A stretch of 64,000 bases of DNA. Source: Paraspadella gotoi. Lineage: Eukaryota > Animalia > Chaetognatha. Both the position numbers and the translations under genes were made by a program. A model generated the notes under the pieces. It ran no database searches and was not told where the DNA came from. It worked only from the letters and a program-made list of their open reading frames with translations. The stretch's first letter is position 1. Each line of letters starts with the position of its first letter. Where the stretch lies: contig CM119264.1 in the NCBI GenBank assembly GCA_051294375.1, positions 22,996,320-23,060,319 of the forward strand. Reading direction: 5' to 3'. Below are positions 8,396-20,809 of the stretch, piece after piece.

Positions 8396-10948
8396 TCTTT
8401 TGGGGACTTAAAACTAAAATGAAAAGTTAATTAAAGGAAAACAAAAATGTCCTATTGTTTCTTTTATTGTGTATCGACATTTAATGGAAGAGTAAATCGA
8501 TGACTCCAGACAATGTTAGACGTTTATCCACCTAAACTTGGAAAATTAGTTTTACATCAGCCAAGGTCCACCCAAAATCTTCTTTTCCCCTTTCCGTGAC
8601 ATATCGATTGTCAGTCTGACAGCTCTCTCTCTCCCTCTCTCTCTCTCTCTCACTCTCTCTCTCTCTCTCTTTTCCTTCCAGAGAAATGTTTCTCATTCCA
8701 TGAAAATGGCGAGCACTCATACTAAGAGCCTTGGTGGTTTCCCCTTCCACTTCGGTCCATCTGTTCCGAAGGCGACTCCGCTGGTCATTCACAACATTTT
8801 TTTTTCAGTCTCGGTTGTCCGCCTTTCTCTTTTTTCTTTTCCGTTGCTACTAATACTTTATATTCCACTAACCCTTTCTCCTTTTTTCTTCTCCATCCTA
8901 ATTCTTTCCATCCCTTTTTTCCTTTGACTGACATCTGGGCTATTTCTCTCACTGCCATTACGCTTTCTTCTATAATTTTTTGGGCACCGATCTAATATTA
9001 TCAGATTTCTTAAAATAGATCTCTATGCTCTTTCCGTCTTTCCCCGATTTCCACTCCCCTTCCCGCGTTCCACATCCCCAGTCGCCCATTTCCACAAATA
9101 CCTTCTCCCTTTTCTCTCCCTCTCGCCTTCGTTTCCGGTTCCACTCTGGACGACGCTGTTTCCGCCTGCTCCTTCCTTCGCGTCCGGCAAAGACTCGCGT
9201 TTCCGGCGAAGTCCTCTTCTCTTCCGGCTGAAGATACAGAATGACCAAATTGACCATGTACCTCTTTCGACCTCTCGTAGCATTTTTTTCCCCGATTTTC
9301 GCTTGTCTTTGTCCTTTCTTTGTCCCAGTCTCTACCCCAAATGCGAAGGCGAATTCGGCCGAGACTTTTCCGCGGGATTTTCGTGTTTGAGAGACTCCGA
9401 TCCGATTAACCGGCAGAATTTATCGTCTTCATCCCGATAACGGTTTTTATCGGCAGAATCTTCCGACAGAATTCGCCGAGACTGCGAAATTTTTGCCCAC
9501 AATCTATCAATTCTTTTTGGCATTGTCTCATTTTGTGATCCTTTCTATCTCAGCTCTCTTTTTCGGAACCTTTCTCTGTTCCAAAGTTACTTACTAACCA
9601 CCCTCTCGTTTAAGTAAATTATGTTTATAAACGATTGTCAGGAAGATTTTTTAATCGTTTCTACGAACATGCATCTCCTTTAATTTTACTCTTGTTCAAA
9701 GACTGACTTTTTTCAGTTCCTTGTTTTTTTAAAGTTGTGGATTCTTTTTTCGTCAGTCACTAATTTTTTTGTATCTTCCTTAATTNNNNNNNNNNGTTTC
9801 TTTTATATTTCTTTCCTCTCTTACCCTTATCTTAACCTTCTCTCCCAATCCTTTCTACTCTACTAAATCTCAGCTTCAATTTTTTTCTTTTTGCGCCTTT
9901 TTATTTTGCCAGCGGCGGCGGGCAGCGGCGGGCAGTGGCGGGCGGCGGCGGGAGTCGACAGTCGGCGTACTTTCCCAAACTGGACCGCATCCCGCGGTAT
10001 TTTCCCTGGGCGTCGTTCTCTCGACAGCCGCGGTGCCACTTTTCGACGCCGTTTTATCCGCGGCGTCTTTTATTGGCGCGGTCGAGGATGGCGTCGTTCC
10101 GAGGCGGCATCGTTTATTGGCGGCGTCGCCGGCGTCGTTTTTATGTTCCCCTCGACGATTTCCGCTGGAATCCGATTTTCCTTTGAAACGAGAGATTTTG
10201 TGGCTTTCGACTCTAAAAACACACAGAGCGACAGAGTCACACGCACACAAATGAATAGACTTTCAAGAACCACTTACCAAACCGCAATTTCAAGTTACTT
10301 TCACCAACGTTTATACGTAACAACAGCGTTATATGTACAGACAAACTTCAATATATCATTATCGGAACAACATACAGGGAAAACTCGCTCCTCACAATAT
10401 ATGCACAGCCCTTTTCTTTTATCCTTTTGCCTACAAACGTCTCGACATCGCCCCATCAACCTACGACTAATCCCTTCCAGCGCCGTCGATCGTTTCCATG
10501 GCGACGACGAAGTAACCGATTCATTTTTTTAGAAAAAAAAAGAAAAAAAGAAACAAATTATGAATCGAATTGAATTGACGGAAGCGATGAAGACAAACGA
10601 GGATGAATAAATTATCGAGGAGGCGAAAAAAGAAAAGAAATATAGCGAGTCGGGGAGATGCATTTAAAGGGTTTAAAGGGTTTAAAGGGTTTACAATCAA
10701 ACGTCTTCTGGCGTTTTTGTTAGTTTTACTAATTACGTCATGATTAATAATATTAGTAGTAAAATGGCACTCACGAACAAACTGACTGACCGAACATTAT
10801 TCAAAAGGCTCACCAGGCGAGAGAGAGACCGACTGACTGATCATTTTTCTCCGGAGTCGCAAATTTCGGATGCCCTTTAGAATCATTTTTTCAAAAAAAA
10901 AATTACTTTTTTTAAAAATGGTAATGCCATGCTAATTCCTAGGGAGGG

Positions 10949-10999
<51 letters not shown>

Positions 11000-11752
11000 G
11001 CTTGAAACATTTGTCTTTCGCACCGAAACCTGGCAGGTGAATTATTGGACAGAGTTAATTTGATTTTATAAAGGAGCAATGAATCTTGTCGGCGAGGGAA
11101 GGGAGAGCGTGAAAAAGGTTACGAAATTAGTATTCATCGACGAAAGGGAGGAAAAACTAAAACGAAATCGAAACAAAATGAAAAACGGAGAACAGAGATG
11201 GAAAGAGAGAGAGAGGGAAAGAGAGAGAGAGACAGACAGAGAAAAAGAGAGAGATTTTTAACCGCAGTCGACGCTCGTGTCCTGTAAACAAAAGATCCGA
11301 GGTTTAAAAAAAAACGCGACATCTGGGGACAGAAAGAAGCGATTAAGACGAGATTCTGGGAATCGCTTTTAGGGACGACGCGACTGAGATGAGAAAAGGG
11401 GGAAAAACAAAAGACTGAAGCGAAGTCGGATGAGGAGGAGGGGGATGGGCTGGAGGAAGAAGAGGAGGTGGGAGAGATAAGTGAAGAAAGTAAATGAACA
11501 ATAAAGAGAGGGAGGACGGGGTTGGTTAAGAATTTATATCATTACGAGAACAAATAACAAGAAAAGAAAAAAAAAGTAGGAAAAGAACCAAAGTCTATTA
11601 GAAAGTGATGACGGAAAAATGATTGAGTTGTTGAAGAAGATTAGAGGAAAGATAAAAATGTCTAAAATCTCAAGTTGTCAAAAAAAAAGGGGGAAAAGAC
11701 TTAGAGTGAATCATCGAAAAAGAGTATTCATGTGAAATAGATATTTACATAT

Positions 11753-12611
11753 AAAACAAGTTTGAGCAAACAATGTCGGATCTGCCTACAATAATTAAAC
11801 GGTAATCTGCTAATCAGATGATAAATCACAATATTTTTTTAAATTTTTTTAACTCGCATCATTTTTTGAACTCGCATAATTTTTTCCACGCACATAATTT
11901 TTCAACTCATCATTTTTTCAATTTACATCATTTTTACAATTCGCATCATTTTTTCAACTTTCATAATTTTTTCAACTTGCATAATTTTTTCAACTTGCAT
12001 AATTTTTTCAACTTGCATAATTTAATAAATAATAAAAAATAAAAAATAAAACCCCCCTGTCGACCTAATCGACAGTTGGAGCTTCTTCTCCCGGCATCCT
12101 CGGTCTTCCTCCTGTCTCCGTGCTCCAACTGTCAATTGTACACTTATTATATTTTATGTATTTTATGTATTTTATGTATTTTGGTATTTTTTGAATTTTT
12201 GTAATTTTGGTATTTTTCATTTTAAAAACGTTTTTGCATGTTTAAACCGGTACAGAGACCTGGTTGTGAATATTATTGTATATTATTTATCAACATTCTG
12301 TTCAATCACTCGAGATAGACGACAACAATTATTTTGTTCTAATATTTAAGACCATATTGTGGCAGCAAGGAAGGGTCCATCCATCCAATCTTGAGTAATT
12401 GGTGTTTTTTGCTAAGGTGGGATGGACGGACGGACGGGCGGACGGACGGACGGACGGACGGACGGACATCATTTTTTTTGCATAATTTATCATAATTCGA
12501 TGTTCTGACATGATATAAGTTAGTGCCCGACAATATTGAGGGGGCTGACCGACGGACCGACAAAGTGAATTATTGAGTCGGGATCTGCTGATAAGCAGAT
12601 CCGACTAAAAA
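11753..12611. mobile_element. Helentron-associated non-autonomous element (HINE/DINE-1-like)
   Basis: Starts AAAACAAG; subterminal GTCGGATCTGC (11775-11785) is the inverted complement of GCAGATCCGAC (12595-12605). Terminal hairpin AGTCG(G)GATCTGC-TGATAA-GCAGATCCGACT followed by AAAAA. (GGAC)n microsatellite at ~12424-12467 and an internal 18-bp tandem array. Confidence 0.7.
11850..12022 (+). repeat. 18-bp minisatellite (~TTGCATAATTTTTTCAAC) inside the HINE-like element
   Basis: About 9 imperfect tandem units; explains the repetitive ORF 11818..12042. Confidence 0.85.
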
Positions 12612-12809
12612 CAGTATGAAAACGATAAAATTAAGAGGCAATCAAACAGAATAAACCTTTGAGTTGTCAGCCACCATGACGAAGACAAAAGAGACGACGA
12701 GAACGTCGGTGACAGCAGTGACAGGGACGTCGAGTGAAATCACAATGTCGTGACAGGTTTCAGTGAATGGTGAGGACGAGGTGAAGTGAGGAACAGAGGA
12801 GAAAGAAAA

Positions 12810-13766
12810 NNNNNNNNNNNNNNNNNNNNNNNNNNNNNNNNNNNNNNNNNNNNNNNNNNNNNNNNNNNNNNNNNNNNNNNNNNNNNNNNNNNNNNNNNNN
12901 NNNNNNNNNNNNNNNNNNNNNNNNNNNNNNNNNNNNNNNNNNNNNNNNNNNNNNNNNNNNNNNNNNNNNNNNNNNNNNNNNNNNNNNNNNNNNNNNNNNN
13001 NNNNNNNNNNNNNNNNNNNNNNNNNNNNNNNNNNNNNNNNNNNNNNNNNNNNNNNNNNNNNNNNNNNNNNNNNNNNNNNNNNNNNNNNNNNNNNNNNNNN
13101 NNNNNNNNNNNNNNNNNNNNNNNNNNNNNNNNNNNNNNNNNNNNNNNNNNNNNNNNNNNNNNNNNNNNNNNNNNNNNNNNNNNNNNNNNNNNNNNNNNNN
13201 NNNNNNNNNNNNNNNNNNNNNNNNNNNNNNNNNNNNNNNNNNNNNNNNNNNNNNNNNNNNNNNNNNNNNNNNNNNNNNNNNNNNNNNNNNNNNNNNNNNN
13301 NNNNNNNNNNNNNNNNNNNNNNNNNNNNNNNNNNNNNNNNNNNNNNNNNNNNNNNNNNNNNNNNNNNNNNNNNNNNNNNNNNNNNNNNNNNNNNNNNNNN
13401 NNNNNNNNNNNNNNNNNNNNNNNNNNNNNNNNNNNNNNNNNNNNNNNNNNNNNNNNNNNNNNNNNNNNNNNNNNNNNNNNNNNNNNNNNNNNNNNNNNNN
13501 NNNNNNNNNNNNNNNNNNNNNNNNNNNNNNNNNNNNNNNNNNNNNNNNNNNNNNNNNNNNNNNNNNNNNNNNNNNNNNNNNNNNNNNNNNNNNNNNNNNN
13601 NNNNNNNNNNNNNNNNNNNNNNNNNNNNNNNNNNNNNNNNNNNNNNNNNNNNNNNNNNNNNNNNNNNNNNNNNNNNNNNNNNNNNNNNNNNNNNNNNNNN
13701 NNNNNNNNNNNNNNNNNNNNNNNNNNNNNNNNNNNNNNNNNNNNNNNNNNNNNNNNNNNNNNNNNN
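12810..13766. other. Assembly gap (N run)
   Basis: Run of n. Other gaps lie near 15143-15306, 15466-15655, 16568-16698, 51709-51925, 52559-52818 and 61905-62575, plus several 10-25 nt gaps. Confidence 0.99.
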
Positions 13767-15049
13767 NTCAATCAAAAGATCAGCTGTCTCTCCCTTTTTT
13801 TTCCATTCCCTGCTTTACCCGAGTCTCAGCTTTCTGTCTCCTTAATACCTCTGTTTCATTCTTTCCCTTCTTTTTATCTCTTTTTCCTCTTTCTACCCTC
13901 CTCCCCTCTTTTCCCCCTTACCCTTTCCCTCTTTTTTCCTCTGCCCTCTTCTTTAAATCCTTATTGAGCTTTCTTTTTAATTGTTTTTTTTCTTCTCGTT
14001 TTCTTTGTATTTAATTTCGCCATCGCCTCGCTGTATCGAGCTCCTTTTAATCCCCTTATATCCTGGTCCCACTGTTGTATCGATCTCGCTTAACTCGACG
14101 ACCAGATGATGTCATCGACGATGAAGAAGACGACGACGATGACGACGACGACGATGACGACGACGGTGACGACGAAGATTCGGCCTGTAAGGAAGACATT
14201 AATGACAAAGAATAACATGATGACGATTTTTACGAAGAAGTAAAAATAAAAACAATTACAGTCACAACAATGTACTACAATGTATAATTTGTAAATTCTC
14301 CTTCCAGAGAAAGATATATTCCGTCTTTTCCAAATTCTGATTCTCTTTTTTTTCCTCTATCACATAACAGTATTGACAAGAGCGCTGAGAAATCAGACAA
14401 AAATGGTGCAAAATTATAAGGTTTCATTTTTTACAATAATTTTGAAAAGTATTTTCGTTTTTGGTAGAATAAATTTTAGCCGAGCTGTCAGTTTCACAAT
14501 TAGATTTTTTAAAATTTTCTTCTCAGATATTTTTTCTCTCTTCTTTTCCTTTCCTATATCTCTTTTTCTCCCTCTCTCCCCCACTCTCTCTCTCTCTATC
14601 TCTCTCTTTCTCCCTCACTCTTTCCCCTCCTTTCCCAAACCAGATTGTTCAACCAAATCAAACTCGGCAAATATTTGTTCTTCGCATTTTCTTCTTCGTC
14701 GGCGAATCTCGTAATTTCCTTCCGAATTTTCCCATCATTTTCGACGTCCGTTTTTGGTTTATCACTTTATGAGATCAGGGAAAAATCTCGAGGGCGGATT
14801 TCTCGGAAATCGTTTGTTTCACATCCATTTCTTAGAAATGCTCCGTGAAAAAGTACAAATTATAAAGCACCAACATTTTTTAATAACAAATATAACATAT
14901 ACATATAAAATGTATGTCGGAGTAAGTAAGTTAGTTTATTTGCATTATAAACAATTTTCCAATTGTAACGCTATCCGAGCGCCATTTAATTAAAAGGTTT
15001 TTTTTTCTCTCAATCAAACGATGTTCTCCTTTTCACCTGAAATTAGTTG

Positions 15050-15716
15050 TTATTGTTTTTCTTGTTGTTGTTGTTGTTGAAATGAGTTGGCAAAGTCGAG
15101 CGATTAATATGGGGAACGAGAAGAGAGCGGCGAAGAGCGAANNNNNNNNNNNNNNNNNNNNNNNNNNNNNNNNNNNNNNNNNNNNNNNNNNNNNNNNNNN
15201 NNNNNNNNNNNNNNNNNNNNNNNNNNNNNNNNNNNNNNNNNNNNNNNNNNNNNNNNNNNNNNNNNNNNNNNNNNNNNNNNNNNNNNNNNNNNNNNNNNNN
15301 NNNNNNNCGTCGTTGTTGTTGTTGTCATCAATTTCTCTTTTACAGCCGATTATCGAAGTCATCAGAAANNNNNNNNNNATTGTTTTTCTTCTTGTTGTTG
15401 TTGAAATGAGTTGGCAAAGTCGAGAGATTAATATGGGGAACGAGAAGAGAGCGGCGAAGAGCGAANNNNNNNNNNNNNNNNNNNNNNNNNNNNNNNNNNN
15501 NNNNNNNNNNNNNNNNNNNNNNNNNNNNNNNNNNNNNNNNNNNNNNNNNNNNNNNNNNNNNNNNNNNNNNNNNNNNNNNNNNNNNNNNNNNNNNNNNNNN
15601 NNNNNNNNNNNNNNNNNNNNNNNNNNNNNNNNNNNNNNNNNNNNNNNNNNNNNNNNCGTCGTTGTTGTTGTTGTCATCAATTTCTCTTTTACAGCCAATT
15701 ATCGAAGTCATCAGAA
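15050..15716 (+). repeat. Tandem duplication around N gaps (probably a scaffolding artefact)
   Basis: 15050-15368 and 15379-15716 repeat the same flanks on each side of N runs. Confidence 0.75.
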
Positions 15717-15860
15717 GTGAGAATTCAATTTTCTAAAAAAAAATCCAGGACTCTACGAATAGTGTCCTTAATTTAAGTAGTCATCACCAGTCGGTGATAA
15801 TCAGGATCATGATCATTAAAGTCATAATTATCATCATTATCATCCTCATTGTCATCATTA

Positions 15861-15897
<37 letters not shown>

Positions 15898-17387
15898 TGT
15901 CGTTCTCATCCCGTCTCCTTCCGCGCGAGAAAATATCGGCGCCCACAAAATTTCCCTTTTATTCGTCCTCGTTTTTTCTTTAACCGAAGTCTTTATCTTT
16001 CGCTTCTTTATCTTCATGGTTTTTTTTCCTTTATTTACCCAATTTACTATCCTTGTTTCTGTTTCTTCTTTGTCGTCTTTGTCGCTGTTAGATGTATGTT
16101 TAAATGTTGTGTTTAAATGTTTAAATGTTGTGTTTTCATCTCTGCAACCTGTTAAATTATCTTAAAAAAAGAATTATCGTTTTCGTTGTTTGGCTTCGTT
16201 TTTGAGACTTTGAAGCAATCAAACTCTCGTTTTTCTTTTAGGTTAATAGGAGGCATTGCCGCCTTATGTTTTTCAAATATACCCATCCCTAAACTCCAAC
16301 TGCACCTCTAAATATCCCCCTCAACAACCTTGACCCCGTCCCTAAACCCCGACCAAACTCTTCCGTATTCTCTATATCTCCAACCACAACCTTTGGGTGA
16401 AGTGAAAGTTTGAAATCAAAACTTAGCAGTTATATCTTGAAAACAATAATATTAGTGAATAATAATCTGTAGTTATTTCTTAGTATAGTAGCCCAGTTAG
16501 CCTTTTTTGTATATAGTGCTACCGTTAATAAATTTAAATAAATTTACCAAAGTATTTTTATGGGTTTNNNNNNNNNNNNNNNNNNNNNNNNNNNNNNNNN
16601 NNNNNNNNNNNNNNNNNNNNNNNNNNNNNNNNNNNNNNNNNNNNNNNNNNNNNNNNNNNNNNNNNNNNNNNNNNNNNNNNNNNNNNNNNNNNNNNNNNCC
16701 TATATCCAACCACACCCATCCTTATATCCAACCCCACCCATTTCTCTTTCCAATTCCAATTTTCTCTCCAACTCGAAGCAAAAACCCTTTCGTCTGGAAT
16801 TTACGGTCAAAGCTTCAGCAGCAGAAGTCCAGCTGTGACAGATGCTGAATTAGCGTCGTCGTCGTCGTCGTTATCGTCGTGATTCTCTTCCTCGTCGTCA
16901 TCGTCGTTGGAGGTCGTTGTCACTGACCTCTTTCGTCTCTTTTCAGTGTCGCCATTGTTGATAACCAATCGGGTCAAAGTTAAGCAATTCACCTCCGTTA
17001 GAGTTGAACTCACGTATTCCCTTTGGTCAGTCCTGCTCGATGTCGTCGTCTTCGTCATCGTCGTTGTCGTCGTCGATGTCGTCGCCGTCATTATTATCGT
17101 CGTCGTCATCATCGCAAGAAGGCGACAAAATTTTCGATTAACTCAAAAATAAAAAAAACAAAAACAAAACAAAAACCAAGGGTCGCGATTTTATTCCAAT
17201 CAGAATCGTGAGGAGTCAGGGTTAAAGGGGAGGCGCGCCTGTTTTTCTGTTTATTTTTATTCTGTTTTGCAGGAAAATTAGGAAAAGTAGTTTCGTATAT
17301 TTAGAGAAATGGGAAGAGAGTTTTTGCTTTGATCTTTTTGTTTCGCAGTGAAAAATAAAGAAAAGCGGGAGAATTTTGTAGAAACAA

Positions 17388-17444
<57 letters not shown>

Positions 17445-18206
17445 TCTCTCTTCTCTCTTTGTTTGTTTGGCGAGGGTTGCGTAATTCGACGCAGTTGTCA
17501 GCAGCGCGGATGAAATGTTTTGCTCACCTGACGGCGGTCGCAGCGGCGCGGCGGGCGGCGCGGCGGCGGCAGCGCAGGTTGGGGGCGGGAGAAAAGAGGC
17601 GAGCGCCGTCTGCCGTCTAATGAGAAAAACGCTTGGCGCTTCCGCCAGCTGCTTGTCTCGAAAATGCTTGATTAAAGGCTTCGCTTTGGGGAAAGCTTTC
17701 CTTAGCGGGTCTGGCGGAGAGAGAGAGCGATACGTGATCCAGGGGAGAGAGAGAGAGAGAAAAAAAAGGAAGAGAGGAAATTCACAAAATTCTGGTGGAT
17801 CTGTTAATTTTTCTTTTTTATCTTAGAATCAAATTGGTGAAAAACTAAAAATTGAATCGAAAAAAAAAATTGAGATGAAAAATCTCGGCTGAGTTTTTAT
17901 TTATGTTCGCATAGATCAACTAATTTAACAAAAGTGTTTTAAATACATTTAAAATATTTTACGTACTTTTTAAGATGTGTTATTCTGATTATTTAGGCGT
18001 AATCAATTAACTTTCATACCGTCGTCGTCGTCATCGTCGTCGTCGTCATCGGTCATTAAAGTCGACATCATTTCGTCGTTATCGTCGTCGTCATCTTCTT
18101 CCACCACCAGGTCTTGTACATCATCGTCATTGACATCGTCGTTCGTCATCATCGTCGTCATCTTCTTCCACCTGGTCTGAGATATGTTCATCTCCAAATC
18201 CTCCGC

Positions 18207-20809
18207 CCGCGGGCGGCTCTAGGGCGCCCAGGGGGCAGACTATTCCAGGGGGGAGCAGCAAAATGGTCATGAGGGGCGCCCTCTGGATTGCCTCAGGGGC
18301 GCCCCAGGGGGTTCCCCCTGGCCAACATTTTTGGTCTATAGGGGCGCCCCTAAGCTTAGCCCCCTGGGGCCAAAAAAAAGCTGCCCCTGGGTAACCCCTT
18401 GGGGAGCATAAAAAACTGCTCCCCCAGGGGCGAGGTAAAGAGAGAGCAAAGTTTTAGAATGAGAAAATATACTTCTGACTATGTTATATATCTAGAATAT
18501 TCTCCCGTCTGTTACTCTCTCTTTCCTCTCCCCTTTCTTTTCTCTCTCCTCTTTTTCTCTCTCTCTCTTTTCTCATTCATTCTTCTTTTTTTTTTTTCTC
18601 TCTCTCTTTTTTCTCTCTCTATAGATCTTTTTTTTCTCAATCATGTCAGAATCCTCCTCCGTTCTCTAGTATTAAATTTTAGAAATTTTTAACTCTCCTG
18701 TTATATTTTTTATATCCCCTTATTTATTCTTGTCTTGCTATATATTGTTAACGACTCATATATCATGATCCCGATATTTATCCTAAATTTTTAAGTATTT
18801 TTATTTTAACTTCCGCTTCTATTCTTCTCTCTCCTTGAGTCAGTTATAACTGACTATAGCGAACGACAGTAGTTTAACATAACAATGCTTAGCGATCTCT
18901 CTACGCTCTCTCTCACTCTCACAACTACTCTTCTATGCTTGGTCTTCAAAATATGCCTAATCAGTCATTCTCCCTCTCTTCTTTCCCTGCTTCTTCTCTA
19001 TCTTTCTTCTTTTTAATGGTTTTTTTCTTTTTTGTGTCGGATCTCCTACTTGACTAGGTACCGTCATAGAAGAATCATTTTAACAAAACACCCAATATTC
19101 ATAATTCGGTATGTTTAAAATTAGAAATTTAAATAATCATACCAAACAAATCAATGGGCAGTGACTGGAACAGACCTCCAATTAGTGATTATGTAGATCC
19201 CCCCGAATAATAACCTCAATAAAAACTATTTCCACGTCCGTCGTCGAACCGATCTAAACGATTCTACATCATAAAATAAATGTTCGGTATTTTTTATTTT
19301 AAGCATTTGATATATTCACCTTCCTAAATCAATTCTCACATTTGTAGTATTCGTGTTCTCAATGTTATCGTGAACTTCACTCGTTGTTAGTAGAGGCTGA
19401 GCGATTTGAGAGTAGACGAGTGCTACATGCTACAATACTCTCCTCTTATATCTCCTCGCTCAATCACATACTTTTTTCTACCCACACACAAAAATTTCTA
19501 TTCCTTAATCCATCTATTTAATCACGAATCAATTTGAGCTCTTAATGCTAAATGTGGCATGGACTGCATATCTTAACTAACTCATCAATAACATATTTTT
19601 TTAATAATTTATTCTGTTATAAGTGAATTAAAATTAAACCTGCCTACTACTTTATTTCATAAAATTTTTAAGACTAAAATCTTCTCGTCGTGCGCGTTCA
19701 GTATGAAACATATGAGTCTAAACGTTCAATGTCGTGTCTACATCGTGGAAAACAAAACAACAAACAGTTAATCTTTATACAATTGAACGAGTTATTTAGA
19801 AAAAAATTTTGCCAGTCTTCTATTTCTCTTCTATCTCTTTTGTCTATTGTCTATCGGGATTACACAATTATTAATGAGCTAATGTTATAGTGATTGTCTG
19901 CCAAAATATATTAATTTTGACCAAATATACAAGTGTCCCAACGGCATCTATCTAGAGGTGACCAAATTAATTGCAAGTTGACCAAATTATGATCTGCTTG
20001 AACTCATTAAGCAAATGAACCAATTTCGCACTTTATACAGCTGCATACCCAATCTTCACTGCCTACATGCACACGCATCCTATGAAGCACATTAGAGCCA
20101 AATTATGCAGAGTTGATTACGCAATATTGATTCGAGCTGGATATATGCAAATAATACTGATTAAATGTATTGTCTATATAGCTTACAGAAACACTATGGG
20201 AAAGTTGTACCAGAATTATATAGGAAAGTTACCAAATTTATTACTCTTAGGTATGTTTAGAACATCATACATAGCTGAGCGCAATTATGATAGAGTGATA
20301 GACAAGAGATTCAAGCAGATGTAACTAAATATAAGAAGAAATTTACCAGCATAAAAGTTTACCAGCAATTTTTAAAAGTTGAAATAATTATTTATCAGTG
20401 ACCATTTGAGTCACAGTGACCGAGAATTTTAGTCATATTGACTAAATTTTGGCAAGGTGGACCAATTAATGCAAGTTTGGTTATTGTGTGCAGCTATTGG
20501 TTTCATGATTGATAAATTGAAATGAAAATTATTATTATAGTTTGTATTGTAATGAAACAAGATGAAAATAGAGAAAGACCTTTAGATTAGAGAAAGAGAG
20601 AGAAAGAGAGGGAAGAGAGGAGAGAAGAATACGAGGGAGAGAGAGAGCGACGGTTCCAGGGTGCAGGAAAATTCCATTCCGACTGGAGCCCAGGGGCAAG
20701 GGTTATAGGCCCCTGGGGGATTCCCCTGGAGTGGCCCCTTGGGGCTCCAAAAAAAGGCTAAGGGGAGCGCCTAGAGCTAAGGAATTGCCTGCCCTGGGGC
20801 CGCCCGCGG
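18207..20809. mobile_element. Possible non-autonomous TIR element with GC-rich GGGCGCCC/CCCCTGGGG termini
   Basis: CCGCGGGCGGC at ~18207 and its reverse complement GCCGCCCGCGG at ~20799-20809; ~200-bp GC-rich terminal blocks flank an AT-rich interior. No TSD seen and the sequence is noisy. Confidence 0.4.

Noticed and set aside
12642-13967. Long ORFs composed of X (also at 15033-15720, 51642-52875 and 61876-62671)
   Set aside because: Artefacts of translating N gaps.
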